This document shows, one piece after another, positions 20,089 through 31,684 of a DNA stretch of 64,000 nucleotides. Position 1 is the stretch's first letter. Every line of letters begins with the position of its first letter. Origin of the DNA: Acidimicrobiia bacterium (GTDB lineage: Bacteria; Actinomycetota; Acidimicrobiia; Spongiisociales; ZC4RG35); contig OZ244034.1 of the NCBI GenBank assembly GCA_965215185.1, forward strand, positions 1,376,001-1,440,000, written 5' to 3'. Below the pieces are notes generated by a model that saw only the letters and a list, made by a program, of their open reading frames with translations, did not search any database and was not told where the DNA came from. Made by a program: the position numbers and the translations under genes.

Positions 20089-20861
20089 GCTAAACCCGCC
20101 CCGGCCATCATCGAAGCCGCAGCCATGCTCCGTCGAACCCTGATGGAATTCTGGGCCGCCGACTGGGATACCCTCACCTTCCCCTCCCGCACCAACTCCA
20201 TGAGCCCCATGAACCAGGCTGCCTGTTCGACCCGGTCCGCGCAGTGCAGCGCCAAAGCCCCAAAAGAGGAATCGCCCACCTCCCCTATCATGCGCCACAA
20301 CTCTGCCGTCGCCTCTTCCACGGTGGGAAGATCCATGGCCAGATGATCGAGGTCGGGAATGGATGGAGACCGCGACAGAAGCTCGGTGAGCAGATCGACC
20401 AGGTTTTCCGAATCGAGCCTGAACGCCAAATCGGGAGTGGTGTCTATCTTTGACCAGTCGGGACCTACCTGCCGGGCTTTCCAGGCGGACCGGCGCTTCA
20501 GCCGCTCGGCCATTTCCTCCATCACGCCGGCGAAGGTGACATGGGCCAACCTGAACCACAGTTCACGGTCGGGATTGGCGATGGGTTCCTCTTCGGTCAG
20601 ATCCCGACCCGAACCCAACATCCTGCGGGCCTTCAGCCGACAAAGCAAGGCCAGCACCAGTACGAATTCGCTGATGTGCTCCAACTCCACCGGGGTTCCC
20701 TCGGCAAGCTCAGTGAGAAACCCCTCCACCAACCGGGAGAGGCTCAGTTCGGACGGGTCTATTCGATCAGCGACGACCAAATCGTAGAACAGATCGATGG
20801 GCCCCTCATAGGCGTCGGTGGAGATGTGATAGCTGGTGGTCACCAACCGGGATGCTATCAA
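20085..20861 (-). CDS. scpA: Segregation/condensation protein ScpA
   Basis: YEGPIDL N-terminus, LKARRML and FMGLMELVREG C-terminal winged helix; upstream of scpB. Confidence 0.88.
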   Translation of the reverse strand: MIASRLVTTSYHISTDAYEGPIDLFYDLVVADRIDPSELSLSRLVEGFLTELAEGTPVELEHISEFVLVLALLCRLKARRMLGSGRDLTEEEPIANPDRELWFRLAHVTFAGVMEEMAERLKRRSAWKARQVGPDWSKIDTTPDLAFRLDSENLVDLLTELLSRSPSIPDLDHLAMDLPTVEEATAELWRMIGEVGDSSFGALALHCADRVEQAAWFMGLMELVREGKVRVSQSAAQNSIRVRRSMAAASMMAGAGLA

Positions 20862-21355
20862 AAACCGGCCTCTTTGTGGGGCTTATCGGTTTCACACAAC
20901 GCATCCCAGACCTGCCGTTTGATTCCCGGGGGCCGGACCCCGTGATGACAGCGGGCGAACTCCACCACCAGAGGCTCGGCGCCCCAGCCAGACAGTTCCT
21001 CTGATCCGATCGGGCCATGATCGCGGTATAGGCGAGCGCTCCTCCAAAGCGGCAACCGCAGTCGAATGGCCACCGACGCCACCGCCCGGCCCACCAACCC
21101 CAACCCCGCATGTCGCTTTCCGATGTCGTGCAACAGCGCCGCCCGAACCGCGCTAGGGTCGGCGCCCAGAGCTATCTGCACCGCGCGGGCCGCGTCATGC
21201 CCGTGCCGCTGGTCGGCCACCGATTGTTCACCAAAGGCCGACCACTCGGTTTCGGTCAGCCAACTCTCCACCCACACCCGTTCTGCGGTCTCAAGCGGCG
21301 CCGAACGGGTGGCCTCCCAGAATCGCTTGGCCAGATGAGGCCAGGTTCCCGGCAA
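20858..21355 (-). CDS. HD-domain hypothetical protein
   Basis: DQRH...AALLHDIGK...H motif. Confidence 0.7.
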   Translation of the reverse strand: MPGTWPHLAKRFWEATRSAPLETAERVWVESWLTETEWSAFGEQSVADQRHGHDAARAVQIALGADPSAVRAALLHDIGKRHAGLGLVGRAVASVAIRLRLPLWRSARLYRDHGPIGSEELSGWGAEPLVVEFARCHHGVRPPGIKRQVWDALCETDKPHKEAGF

Positions 21356-21361
21356 CGCCCC

Positions 21362-21712
21362 TCAGTTCCGAGTCGACTTGCAGGAAACGCAATAAACCGA
21401 CTCGGGGCGGAAATCCAAACGGGCGGCGCCGATCAGTTTGAAGCATCGCATGCAAGATCCGTATTTACCATTCTCCACCCTCGATAGCGCCAGATCCACC
21501 GCGTCGAGTTTCTTCTTGAGCGCCCGGATGACTCCGATCCGTTCGGTTCGCTCGGCAGTGATCGCCGGTGCGTCGGAAAACCCGTGGCCCTGATTGAGAC
21601 CGGCCCGCAACTCTCCGGTCTCGGTGGCCCCCAACTCATTGAGTTGGTGCACCAGACCGTGGCGGTCGGCAGTCAGGGTGGCCCTGGCTCGGGTTAAATC
21701 AATCTCGCTCAT
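21362..21712 (-). CDS. TraR/DksA C4 zinc-finger protein
   Basis: ALSRVENGKYGSCMRC..I..ARL..P....CVSCK. Confidence 0.88.
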   Translation of the reverse strand: MSEIDLTRARATLTADRHGLVHQLNELGATETGELRAGLNQGHGFSDAPAITAERTERIGVIRALKKKLDAVDLALSRVENGKYGSCMRCFKLIGAARLDFRPESVYCVSCKSTRN

Positions 21713-22590
21713 CGGCTTCTAGGATGTGATAGTAGGTAGACCTCCTGCAAATAGCCGGGGGATATGCGGGTATAAACTTCGGTGGTGGCGAGACTGGCAT
21801 GTCCAAGAATCTCCTGAACAGCCCTCAGGTCCGCCCCGCCCTCCACCATATGGGTGGCGGCGGAGTGTCGCATAACGTGGGGTGAGACCTGATCGGTAGA
21901 TAATCCGGCTCGCTCGGCCGCCTTTTTGACGATTCCCCAAGCTCCGATTCTGGTTAACCGAGAGCCCCGCAGATTCAAGAAGACCGCTTGGGTTCCTCCT
22001 TTGGCAAGCTCCAGGCGGTCCACAAGCCAATGGCGCACCGCCCGGCGGGCTGCTTCGCCCAACACCGTCACCCGCTGCCGGGAGCCCTTGCCGGTAACCA
22101 GCGCAATCCCCTCTTCTGTGTCGAGTTGGCCAAGGTCGAGACCGACCGCTTCGCTCACCCGACATCCGGTGCTGTACAGAAACTCCAGTAACGCGGCGTC
22201 TCGGCGCCCCCCAACCGTGGTCAACTGCGGCGTCTCCAACAAAGCAAACACCTCATGGGTGCTCAACGCCTTGGGAAGACGCCGGGGTTGTTTGGGCGCC
22301 GTTATCCCGATGGTCGGATCATCTTCGGCGCCTTCCTCCTCGCACAAGAAGCGATGAAACCCCTTCACTGCGGCGAGCTTGCGGGCAACAGACCCCGGGG
22401 AGAGTCCCAGTTCGGTGAGCCACTCCAAAAAGGCCCCCACCGGGGCGGCATCCACCCGACCTTCCCCCACAAACTGCAAGTACTGACCCAGATCCCGCCG
22501 ATAGGCCATAAGGGTGTTGTCCGCCAAACCCCGCTCGTAGGCCAGGGAGGTCAAATAGTTCTCAAGCATGGTGTGAGAGTCTGTACCCAT
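21709..22590 (-). CDS. xerD: Tyrosine recombinase XerD
   Basis: GCRVSE, GKGSRQR, HVMRHSAATH, LGH and TTEVY catalytic residues; pyrG-NUDIX-xerD-scpAB order. Confidence 0.9.
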   Translation of the reverse strand: MGTDSHTMLENYLTSLAYERGLADNTLMAYRRDLGQYLQFVGEGRVDAAPVGAFLEWLTELGLSPGSVARKLAAVKGFHRFLCEEEGAEDDPTIGITAPKQPRRLPKALSTHEVFALLETPQLTTVGGRRDAALLEFLYSTGCRVSEAVGLDLGQLDTEEGIALVTGKGSRQRVTVLGEAARRAVRHWLVDRLELAKGGTQAVFLNLRGSRLTRIGAWGIVKKAAERAGLSTDQVSPHVMRHSAATHMVEGGADLRAVQEILGHASLATTEVYTRISPGYLQEVYLLSHPRSR

Positions 22591-22813
22591 CCATCTGATT
22601 ATTGGGGTGAACAAGCCTCTGATCACGGATTTAGGCGCCGGAGACCTCTAAACGGCGGGCGGCAGGGCCTCGGTCCTGTGTTTTTGTGTATTCGGACCGG
22701 GGATTTGGCGAAAGAAAGGAAGTTATTGCTTCACAGATCGCAGACGCATGAAATATATTGAAAAGGCAAGGTCCCACCAGAGACAACGCCACAAGACGCT
22801 AGGAGAGGGAACA

Positions 22814-23148
22814 ATGTCGATAGGTATACCGTCTGTTGAGGAAGACTGTTCGGCGCCCGCCACCAAGGGAGATCTGAAGTTGGTCAATGCCGATCTGCAT
22901 ATGGTCAAAGCGGACCTGAAGACGCTCGACTCGGACCTGCGGGCGGAAATGGCCAAGATGGACCGCAACTTGAGGGGAGTGATCGGTAGGCAAAGCGACA
23001 ATCTGAACAACAGAATTGACGATCTGAAAGACAAAATCAGTGATCTTAGAGAAGAGATCTCCAAGTTGCGGGGGTCAATGGCCTGGATGACCGTGGCAGT
23101 GGTATGGGACTGGGCGGCTTGATGACCCTCTTCCAGTTTCTGTCATAG
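22814..23148 (+). pseudogene. Coiled-coil protein (DUF1640/CCDC90-like) with a frameshifted C-terminal TM anchor
   Basis: GGAGAGGG RBS, ATKGDL motif and heptad pattern. The ORF stops at 23122, but a shifted frame from ~23101 gives GMGLGGLMTLFQFLS*. Confidence 0.5.
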
Positions 23149-23188
23149 GACCAACCGGCGGGAACAATGAAAGTGGCGCGCCAACCGG

Positions 23189-23731
23189 TCAGGCGCCCGA
23201 TCTCCTCCCGGCGGCCCAGCGCAGCAGCGCCACCACCGTCTTGGCATCGCGGATCTCTTGTGATTCGATCATCTCCAAAGCCTCGCTCAGCTTCACCCGG
23301 ATCACCTGGGCGCTGCGCTCCTCCGCGCCGTCGGGACTTCGCTCCCCCTGGATGAGCCCGTCGGCTGCAAATAGGGTGATGCGCTCATCGGTATAACCCG
23401 GGGAGGGAAGAATCTCCCCCAGGCCGATCAGTCGCTCGGCTCGAATACCCGTTTCCTCCCAAAGCTCCCGCCGGGCCGCCTCCACCGCTGACAACTCGCC
23501 CTCCTCCAGCTTACCGGCCGGAATCTCCACAACATCTTCTCCCACAGCCGCCCGGTACTGACGAATCAATGTCACCTCCGCTCCCCACACCGGCAGCACC
23601 CCCACCCCTCCCCGGTGGCGGATCACATCCCGGACCACCGCGGCGCCGTCTTCGGTCAATAGGTGAAGACGCTGATAGTCGAGGATTCTCCCCCGACCCA
23701 CGGTGCGAACGCCCAGCAGCCGAAAGCTCAC
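23189..23731 (-). CDS. NUDIX hydrolase (ADP-ribose pyrophosphatase-like)
   Basis: [30 protein letters not shown] and DAKT motifs. Confidence 0.92.
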   Translation of the reverse strand: MSFRLLGVRTVGRGRILDYQRLHLLTEDGAAVVRDVIRHRGGVGVLPVWGAEVTLIRQYRAAVGEDVVEIPAGKLEEGELSAVEAARRELWEETGIRAERLIGLGEILPSPGYTDERITLFAADGLIQGERSPDGAEERSAQVIRVKLSEALEMIESQEIRDAKTVVALLRWAAGRRSGA

Positions 23732-25380
23732 TGGTGGCGGGAGGCAGACTCCTCCAATGCGGCCTGCTCGGATTCCCGTCGACGGCGGTGAACCACCGCT
23801 TTCTCGATAAACCCGGCAAACAGCGGATGAGGGTTATCCGGTCGGGATAGAAATTCGGGATGAGCCTGAGTGCCAACGAAGAACGGATGGGTGGGTAGCT
23901 CGATGAACTCCACCAGCACCCCGTCGGGAGACATCCCGGACAACACCATCCCCCCTTCGACCAGAGCTTTGCGGTAGCGCGGGTTTACCTCCCAGCGATG
24001 CCGATGCCGCTCGTAAACCAGATCCGACCCATAGAGTTCCCGCACCAACGATCCACTGGCGAGACTGGCCGGGTAAAGACCCAGTCGCATGGTTCCGCCC
24101 TTGTTCTCCACTCCCTCTTGGCTGCTCATCAGGTCGATCACCGGATGGGGTGTGTCAGCGTCGAATTCGGTGCTGTTGGCGCGGCTCATCTTCAGCCGAT
24201 TGCGGGCGAACTCTATCACCGCGCACTGCAGACCCAGGCACAGTCCCAGGAAAGGCACCTCGGCCCGGCGAGCATAGGCAATCGCCGAGATCTTCCCTTC
24301 AATTCCTCTTCCCCCAAAGCCCCCCGGTACCACGATCCCGTCCAAATCGGACAGCACTCCCGGCACCAGCATCCCGGTGAGATTCTCCGAAAGAATCCAG
24401 TCGATCTCCAGCTTGCGGCCCGCCCCCGCCGCGGCGTGGCGAAGCGACTCGACCACCGAAACGTAGGCATCGGGAAAGTCCACATATTTGCCGACCATCC
24501 CTATCCGCACCGGGTCCGTGGCCGAGTCCATACGGGCCAGCATCTCTCGCCAGCGGTCCAAGGCCGGCGGCAGGGTGTGCAGAGACAAACGCTTGCAGAC
24601 CACCTCGTCCAAACCCTCCTCCTTGAGAACCAGCGGCATGCGGTAGATGTTGTCGGTATCCGCCGCGCTGATCACCGCCTCCGGCGCCACGTCACAGAAC
24701 AAACTGATCTTTTGGCGGATGGCCTCATCAATGTTCCACTCGGAGCGGACCACGATCACATCCGGGGCGATTCCCTTGGAACGAAGCTCGGCAACCGAAT
24801 GCTGGGTGGGCTTGGTCTTCATCTCCTCGGAGGTCTTCAGAAAGGGCGCCAGTGTGACATGAATGTAGGCGATGTTGTCATGACCTAGCTCTTTGCCGAA
24901 TTGGCGGATAGCCTCCAAGAATGGCAGGCTCTCTATGTCGCCGACCGTGCCCCCCACCTCGGTGATCACCACATCGGCGTTCGACTCCTCACCCAGCCGG
25001 CGGATGCGAGATTTGATCTCGTTGGTGATGTGGGGAATAACCTGCACCGTGTCACCCAGGTAGGCGCCCCGGCGTTCCTTTCTGATGACCGCCAGGTAGA
25101 CCGACCCTGATGTGACGTTGGAAAGCTGACGCAGGTGCTCGCCGGTGAACCGCTCGTAGTGACCGAGGTCCAGATCGGTCTCTCCCCCGTCGTCGGTGAC
25201 AAACACCTCCCCGTGCTGGAAGGGGTTCATGGTGCCCGGGTCCACGTTTATGTACGGGTCGAGCTTTTGGATCACCACCTGCAGGCCCCGGCTCTTGAGC
25301 AACCTCCCCAAAGAGGCGGCGGTGATGCCCTTACCGAGACTGGATACCACCCCGCCGGTGATGAACACGTATCGGGTCAT
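23728..25380 (-). CDS. pyrG: CTP synthase
   Basis: [29 protein letters not shown] and QAHPEF motifs. Confidence 0.98.
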   Translation of the reverse strand: MTRYVFITGGVVSSLGKGITAASLGRLLKSRGLQVVIQKLDPYINVDPGTMNPFQHGEVFVTDDGGETDLDLGHYERFTGEHLRQLSNVTSGSVYLAVIRKERRGAYLGDTVQVIPHITNEIKSRIRRLGEESNADVVITEVGGTVGDIESLPFLEAIRQFGKELGHDNIAYIHVTLAPFLKTSEEMKTKPTQHSVAELRSKGIAPDVIVVRSEWNIDEAIRQKISLFCDVAPEAVISAADTDNIYRMPLVLKEEGLDEVVCKRLSLHTLPPALDRWREMLARMDSATDPVRIGMVGKYVDFPDAYVSVVESLRHAAAGAGRKLEIDWILSENLTGMLVPGVLSDLDGIVVPGGFGGRGIEGKISAIAYARRAEVPFLGLCLGLQCAVIEFARNRLKMSRANSTEFDADTPHPVIDLMSSQEGVENKGGTMRLGLYPASLASGSLVRELYGSDLVYERHRHRWEVNPRYRKALVEGGMVLSGMSPDGVLVEFIELPTHPFFVGTQAHPEFLSRPDNPHPLFAGFIEKAVVHRRRRESEQAALEESASRHQ

Positions 25381-25426
25381 GGTCGGGGCTCTGTTCTTCT
25401 GGACACGAAGGCCAAGATACCAGAAA

Positions 25427-27034
25427 TTAGTTGATTTTCTTGCTTTTTCCCTCCCACAGGGCGTTCCTCAGCACGTACTTTTGGACCTTTCCTGTGGAAG
25501 TCTTGGGCAAAGCCTCCACGATTTCCACCACATCGGGCGCCTTGAAATGGGCAAGACAGTCGCGAACATGGGCGATGATCTCCTCTGGCTCGGCGCTTCG
25601 GCCCTCTTTCAACACCGCGAACGCCTTGGGACGCTCTCCCCAGTAGTCGTGAGGCATAGCCACCACCGCGGCTTCCAGCACCGCCGGGTGGCTGACCACC
25701 GCTTGCTCGACTTCAATAGTGGAGATGTTTTCGCCGCCGGAGATGATGATGTCCTTGGCCCGGTCCCGAAGCTCTATGTAGCCGTCGGGATGCCAAACCG
25801 CCAGATCGCCAGAGTGAAACCACCCGCCTCGGAAGGCTTCCTCGGTGGCGGCGGGATTGTCGAAATAGCCCGACATGACGATGTTGCCCCGCATCACCAC
25901 CTCGCCCATGGTCTCTCCGTCGCGGGGGACGTCATTCATCTGGTCGTCCACCACCCGGATCGGGTCGGCGCCTACCATCGCCACTCCCTGACGGGCCATG
26001 AGCCGCGCTCGCTCCTCCGAAGACCTAGCGGCCCAGTCCCCCTGGGCTTCACAGACCGTGTAGGGACCGTAGGTCTCAGTCAGACCATAGACATGCACCA
26101 CCTTGGCGCCCAGTTCCTCCATCTGTCCGATGATCGTCGGACTGGGCGGAGCGCCAGCCGTGGTTACCGTCAGGGGAGCATCCAGGGGGCGGGCATCGGG
26201 ATGGTTGGCCATCCCCACCAGCACGGTGGGCGCGCCGTTGAGATGGCTGATCCCCTCACTTTGGATGAGACTCCAGATTCGGTCGGGGCGCACCGCCCGC
26301 AAGCACACATGGCATCCGCCCACCCCGGTCACCGCCCACGTGGTACACCAGCCGTTGCAGTGAAACATGGGAAGGGTCCACAGATACACCGAATCGCTAT
26401 CGAACCCGGAGTGCACCACCTCACACATGGCGTTCAGATAGGCCCCCCGATGGGTGTACATCACTCCTTTGGGGCGGCCGGTCGTCCCCGACGTGTAGTT
26501 GATGGAGATGGTCCGGAACTCGTCGTCGGTGCGCCACGGCAGGGGATCGTTGCTGCCTCGCTCCAGAAACTCCTGAAAGGGAATGGAATCGGCTGGCCCG
26601 GGGATGCCCAATGCATCGATGGTGATTACTTCATCCAGGTCCGAGCAGTCGCCCAGAGGCGGCGCGGCGGTGGTGAGCAGTTCGGTATCCGCCACCAGCA
26701 TCTTGGCGCCGGAGTGGGACAGGATATAGGCGATCTCCGCACCGGAAAGACGGGTGTTGATTGCCACCAGCACCGCCTTTGCCAATGGCACCCCGAAGTG
26801 GGCGATGAGCATCTCGGGGATGTTGGGACACAGATAGGCCACCCGATCTCCAGGTCCGATTCCCGACGCCTGAAGCGCTCGGGCCAGCCGGGTGGCGTGG
26901 TCGGCCATCTCCTGGTAGGTGATCCGCTGTGACCCGTGGACGATGGCGGTCTTATCGCCGAATACCTGGGCAGAGCGCTCCAGGTAAAGAAGAGGAGTAA
27001 GAAGGGTCTCGTCGACCCGCGGCGGGCTGCTCAA
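25427..27034 (-). CDS. Acyl-CoA synthetase / AMP-binding ligase
   Basis: [29 protein letters not shown] and TGKVQK motifs. Confidence 0.93.
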   Translation of the reverse strand: MSSPPRVDETLLTPLLYLERSAQVFGDKTAIVHGSQRITYQEMADHATRLARALQASGIGPGDRVAYLCPNIPEMLIAHFGVPLAKAVLVAINTRLSGAEIAYILSHSGAKMLVADTELLTTAAPPLGDCSDLDEVITIDALGIPGPADSIPFQEFLERGSNDPLPWRTDDEFRTISINYTSGTTGRPKGVMYTHRGAYLNAMCEVVHSGFDSDSVYLWTLPMFHCNGWCTTWAVTGVGGCHVCLRAVRPDRIWSLIQSEGISHLNGAPTVLVGMANHPDARPLDAPLTVTTAGAPPSPTIIGQMEELGAKVVHVYGLTETYGPYTVCEAQGDWAARSSEERARLMARQGVAMVGADPIRVVDDQMNDVPRDGETMGEVVMRGNIVMSGYFDNPAATEEAFRGGWFHSGDLAVWHPDGYIELRDRAKDIIISGGENISTIEVEQAVVSHPAVLEAAVVAMPHDYWGERPKAFAVLKEGRSAEPEEIIAHVRDCLAHFKAPDVVEIVEALPKTSTGKVQKYVLRNALWEGKSKKIN

Positions 27035-27795
27035 CTGCTGCTCCAGACCGGAACCCGTTTTTCGATGAAGGCGCCCATTCCCTCTTGGGCATCGTTCATT
27101 GCCGCGTTCGCCACCATCACTCTCTTGGTATGTTCGTAGGCATCCTCTTCTGCCATCTCCACCTGCTGGTAGAAGGCGGCCTTGCCCAGCCCCACCACCG
27201 CCGGACTGGAGTCGGTGAAGCGGTCCAACAAGGCGTTCACAGTGTCATCCAACTCGGCCGGACTCACCACTCGGTTGACCAGACCCCATTCCCGGGCGGT
27301 CAGGGCATCGATCGGTTGGCCGGTGAGCAGCATCTCAAGCGCTCTCTTTCGTCCCACCGCCCGGCTTAGGGGCACCATGGGGGTGGAGCAGAACAGGCCG
27401 ATCTTCACTCCCGGGGTGGCGAAGGTGGCGGTATCCACCGCCACCGCCAAATCGCAGGAGGCCACCAGTTGGCACCCGGCTGCATAAGCCGGTCCATGCA
27501 CTCGAGCCACCACCGGCTGGGGAATGCGGTGGATAGTGAGCATCATCTCGGTGCAGATGTCGAACAGTTCCTCTACAAATCCGGGAGCGGGATCGATCAT
27601 TTCTTTCAAATCATGTCCGGCCGAGAAGACCGGTCCCTCGCCGGCGATCACCACCGCCTGGCAGTCGGAGTCGAGGCTGTTGAGCGCTTCGATCACTTGT
27701 CGCATGGTCTGCATCCCCAAAGGATTACGGCGACTGGCCTGATTGAGAACGATGCGGGTAACCGGCGGGTCGTTTTTAACTAGTACAAAGCTCAT
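27031..27795 (-). CDS. Enoyl-CoA hydratase (ECHDC3-like)
   Basis: FSAGHDLKEM, AAGCQLVASCD and TPGVKIGLFCSTP motifs; start moved to ATG 27795. Confidence 0.92.
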   Translation of the reverse strand: MSFVLVKNDPPVTRIVLNQASRRNPLGMQTMRQVIEALNSLDSDCQAVVIAGEGPVFSAGHDLKEMIDPAPGFVEELFDICTEMMLTIHRIPQPVVARVHGPAYAAGCQLVASCDLAVAVDTATFATPGVKIGLFCSTPMVPLSRAVGRKRALEMLLTGQPIDALTAREWGLVNRVVSPAELDDTVNALLDRFTDSSPAVVGLGKAAFYQQVEMAEEDAYEHTKRVMVANAAMNDAQEGMGAFIEKRVPVWSSS

Positions 27796-27915
27796 CCCCT
27801 TCAGAATAGGCGTTTTTGCCTCCAAGAGACTCCTACCGTCGGGGATCACCTGTCTCCACAAACCCCGCCTGGCTGATTCTGGGTCGAACGGCGAAGGAGT
27901 CTGATTTCTGGTAGT

Positions 27916-30042
27916 TTGAGGTGCAGGTTGCCAGCATTAACAAAGATCCTGAAGAACTACTTCTCCTTCCCATGGGGGGCGGCTCGCCGCCGGGTTGGCC
28001 TGCTTCTGATGAGTGGTGGTGGCTACCGCCGCGCAGACGATGGTCCCGGTGGGTCCGGTTGGGGCCGCCAACGGGGAGCAGTTTTCGGATATCGAAGAGG
28101 CGGGATCTCACCGACCGGCTGTGGAGCGACTCGCTGAACAAGGAATCCTGGAGGGAACCGAATGCGCCCCCGGAGAGTTCTGCCCAACAGAACCCATCCA
28201 ACGGTGGGTGATGGCCGTGTGGCTGGTCCGCGTAATCGACAAGACCGAACCCACGGCAGTGGAAGCCAGCCGGTTTGCCGACGTGGACAACGACCAGTGG
28301 TGGATGACCTATGTCGAGCGTCTCGCCGACCTGGGCATCACCCGAGGCTGCGCCGCCCAACCAGCGAGGTACTGCCCCACCGAGGAGCCCGTTACACGCG
28401 CGCAGATGGCGTCGTTCTTGGTCCGCGCCTTCCAGCTTCCCCAGGGACCCTCAAACCAGTTCACCGATACCGCGGGCAACACCCACGAAACAGACATCAA
28501 CGCCTTGGCCACAGCCGAAATCACCATCGGATGCGCCACCGAACCGGCTCTCTACTGCCCTTCACAAGACACCACCCGCGCCCAGATGGTCACCTTCCTC
28601 ACCCGAGCCCTTGACCGCAACCCGTCTCAGACGCCGGAGGGCAGTTTCACCTCAGTCTCAGCCGGTTCATTCCATGCGTGCGCACTATTGACCGACCGTT
28701 CCATCACCTGCTGGGGCAACGACTACGACGACCAAGCCACGCCACCAGTTGGCGAGTTCACTTCTATCGCCTCCGGCGACTATCACCCTTGCGGTATCCG
28801 CACCGATCAAACCGCCTCATGCTGGGGAAGCAACACGTACGGTCAGACCACCACACCACCGGGAGAGTTCACCGCCTTGGCCACCGGTTGGTTTTCTTCG
28901 TGCGGCATCCAGGCCAATCGCACCGTCAACTATTGGGGTGACAATACGCACGGGCAGATCGAACCCCCCAGCGGACAGTTCCCCGCTTTGGCATCTGGAA
29001 CCACCCATGCCTGCGGCATCCGCACCATCACCTGCTGGGGAAACAACACGTACGGTCAGGCAATCTCACCACAGGGAGAGTTCACCGCGGTGGCAGCGGG
29101 AGCAGTGCATAGCTGCGGCATCCGCACTGACCTCACTCTCGCCTGCTGGGAAAGTACACCGCCATCGCCACCGGTATCGACCACTCCTGCGGCATCCGCA
29201 CCGACCGGACTATCACCTGCTGGGGAAACAATGACGAGGGCCAGGCCGATCCACCCGACGGGGCGTTTACCGCCGTCACTGCCGGCTGGGATTACACCTG
29301 CGCCTTGGGCAGCAGTCGGACAATCATCTGCTGGGGCCAAAACATCTCCGCTCAGGGCACTCCGCCGGAAGGGAAGTTCACCACCATCGCCGCTGGTTGG
29401 TACTACACCTGTGGATTGCGCTCCGACAACACCCCCGACTGCTGGGGCTCTTTGAGTGGTGACACTCCGCCGGAGGGAGATTTCAGCTCAATGGCTGCCG
29501 GTGGGTACCACGCCTGCCTGCTCCGCAACGATCTCACCGTCAACTGCTTCGGATGGAACAAGTCCGGCCAAGCCGACCCACCAGATGAAACCTTCATTGC
29601 CCTGGCGGCCGGGGAAGCTCACACCTGTGGATTGCGCAACGACCGGACCATCTTCTGCTGGGGCCGAAACGACTTCGGACAGACCGACCCGCCCTCTGGC
29701 AAGTTCCTTACCATCGCCGCCAGTTGAGACTACTCCTGTGGATTGCGCAACGACCTCACCATCACCTGCTGGGGGCGCATCCATCGCTTCTTCGATCCAC
29801 CACCAGGAGAGTTCATCGCCATCGGCGCTGGATCGCGCCATGCCTGCGGCATCCGAACCGACAACACCATCGACTGCTGGGGATACAACTCGGTTGGACA
29901 GGCCAGTCCGCCAGATGGCAAGTTCATCGCTATGGCCACCGGATGGCAGCACTCCTGCGGGGTGCGTGCCGACCAGAGCATCGCCTGCTGGGGTCATACC
30001 AAAACAATTCCCCCGCCCAACGATGTGCGTTTCGTCCCATGA
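27916..30042 (+). pseudogene. S-layer homology (SLH) + RCC1-like repeat surface protein, disrupted
   Basis: Three SLH-like repeats (FSDI, FADV, FTDT; TRAQMASFL), then ~12 repeats of F..I.AG..H.CG.R.D.TI.CWG. Frameshifts at ~28012 and ~29150; in-frame TGA at 29725-29727. Confidence 0.8.
28640..29995 (+). repeat. Coding tandem repeats of ~110 bp (RCC1-like units of ~36-37 aa)
   Basis: Recurring TGCGGCATCCGCACC and (A/G)CCTGCTGGGG motifs at ~110-bp spacing. Confidence 0.8.
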
Positions 30043-30081
30043 CAGACGGGAAACACGGAAAGCTAGGGATCGCAGCAGGAA

Positions 30082-31680
30082 TTACGATCTTGAGGTGGCG
30101 GTCCCCAACAGTTCCCGAGCGGCGCTTCGTCCCGACACGCTGTCGGGATCGCCCGACATCATCCGGGTCAGTTCCGCCACCCTGCCCTCTCCGCTAACCA
30201 GCCTCACCGATGCCGAGGCTCCCTGGCGTTCGATCACCCAGTGCTGATCGGCGAAAGCCGCCACCGAAGCCAGGTGGGTTACGCACAACACCTGCGCGCC
30301 CTTGGAGACCGCCGCCAGCTTGCGGCCCAAGGACAAAGCCGCCGCGCCTCCCAGCCCGGCGTCCACCTCGTCGAAGACCATCGTGGTAGCGGTCCCACTT
30401 CCCGCCGCCAGCCTTAAAGCCAGCACCAGTCTGCTCAACTCTCCTCCCGAGGCGACCCGCCCGACCTCGCCGGGCGCCAACCGCTCGTCAGAGGAGAACA
30501 GCAAGCGAACCCGGTCACATCCGTTCGAACTCGCCGGACCCCCCGAAATCTCAAAGCGCAGGACAGGTCGGCCAAAGCCCAACTCTTGAAGATGCTGCAG
30601 GGCGGTCCCGGCCAGCTCACGGGCCGCTCTCCGTCGTGCCTCCGACAAGGCCTCGCCCCATCGGGTAACCTCTCGTTCAGCGTCAGCCAGATCATCCTCA
30701 AGATCATCGGCGGTGACCAGCAACTCTTGGATCTCATCACGCCGACGAGCCGCCCTGGCGCCGAATTCCAACACCTCGGCCAAGGTGGACCCATACTTTC
30801 GGCGCAGATTACCCAACCGGGCCAAGCGCTGCTCCAACTCCTCCAGCGTCCCGAAATCGGCATCCAAACCCTCAGCGGCGTCCTCCATTTGATATGTGGC
30901 CTCCCCCATTAGACGCTCCACCGAATCGACCACCGACATCACCCCTTCCAATCCCGGATCGAACGCCAGAGCGGCGTTCAATTCGCCCGAGGTCCCCGAC
31001 CAGGCCTCCTGAGCCGCCGCCAACCCTTCACCCGCCCTACCCAGATGCCCCCGCAGAGCCTCCCGATTGCGAAAACGGCGAACCTCAACTATCAGCCGCT
31101 GGTCCTCATCGGGAGAAAACCCCGCCGCCTCAATCTCGTCAGCCTGAAAAGAGACCATGTCCAATTCGCGCTCCAAAGCCGCCCGACCCCCGCCCAGAGC
31201 GGAGCGCATCCCCTCCAACCGGCGCTTTTCTTCCCATCTCTCCCGATAGGAAGCATAAGCCTGTTTTCCCAGCTCGTCCAAAGTTGCGTCCAGTATCTCC
31301 CGCACCTGCCCGGAGCGTCGCAGGCGGAGATGGTCCTGCTGGCCGATGATCTCCACCAAGTCACCCACCGCCTGGGAAAGAGAGGCCGTCGACGCCACCA
31401 TGCCGTCCAGATACCCCCGGCTTCTCCCCTGCTTGGGCACCCGGCGGGTGACAGCCACTTCCTTCCCATCCACGATCCACCGGCCACCCGCCACCGCTTC
31501 TTCTCCAAACGGCCCCACCGCCTTGGAATCGGCGGCGCCGCCGATCAGCAGTCGCAGGGCGCCCAGTAGCAGAGTCTTCCCCGTGCCGGTTTCCCCGGTT
31601 ATCACCACCAGTCCCAGACCGGGCCTCAACTCCGCCCCTTCTATCACCCCCAGGTTCTTGACGATCAGTTCGTCGAGCAT
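30082..31680 (-). CDS. recN: DNA repair protein RecN
   Basis: TGETGTGKT, ASGGELSR, FDEVDAG and QVLCVTH motifs; follows NAD kinase. Confidence 0.95.
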   Translation of the reverse strand: MLDELIVKNLGVIEGAELRPGLGLVVITGETGTGKTLLLGALRLLIGGAADSKAVGPFGEEAVAGGRWIVDGKEVAVTRRVPKQGRSRGYLDGMVASTASLSQAVGDLVEIIGQQDHLRLRRSGQVREILDATLDELGKQAYASYRERWEEKRRLEGMRSALGGGRAALERELDMVSFQADEIEAAGFSPDEDQRLIVEVRRFRNREALRGHLGRAGEGLAAAQEAWSGTSGELNAALAFDPGLEGVMSVVDSVERLMGEATYQMEDAAEGLDADFGTLEELEQRLARLGNLRRKYGSTLAEVLEFGARAARRRDEIQELLVTADDLEDDLADAEREVTRWGEALSEARRRAARELAGTALQHLQELGFGRPVLRFEISGGPASSNGCDRVRLLFSSDERLAPGEVGRVASGGELSRLVLALRLAAGSGTATTMVFDEVDAGLGGAAALSLGRKLAAVSKGAQVLCVTHLASVAAFADQHWVIERQGASASVRLVSGEGRVAELTRMMSGDPDSVSGRSAARELLGTATSRS

Positions 31681-31684
31681 CTGC

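Noticed and set aside
21709-22590. Tyrosine recombinase as a prophage or island integrase
   Set aside because: Size, motifs and pyrG-NUDIX-xerD-scpAB context identify housekeeping XerD; no att sites or phage genes seen.
25196-26932. Long antisense or alternative-frame ORFs (578 aa here; also 14782-15795, 37317-38279, 50464-51498 and the 5' part of 43049-44941)
   Set aside because: Shadow ORFs of high-GC genes with no recognisable motifs.
29725-29727. In-frame TGA (also 9956-9958) as selenocysteine or recoding
   Set aside because: The positions are not catalytic Cys sites, both genes carry other lesions, and TGA is a normal stop elsewhere in the window.
28640-29995. Regular ~110-bp repeats as a possible CRISPR array
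   Set aside because: The repeats are degenerate, codon-phased and encode RCC1-like units; there is no identical-repeat/unique-spacer pattern and no cas genes.
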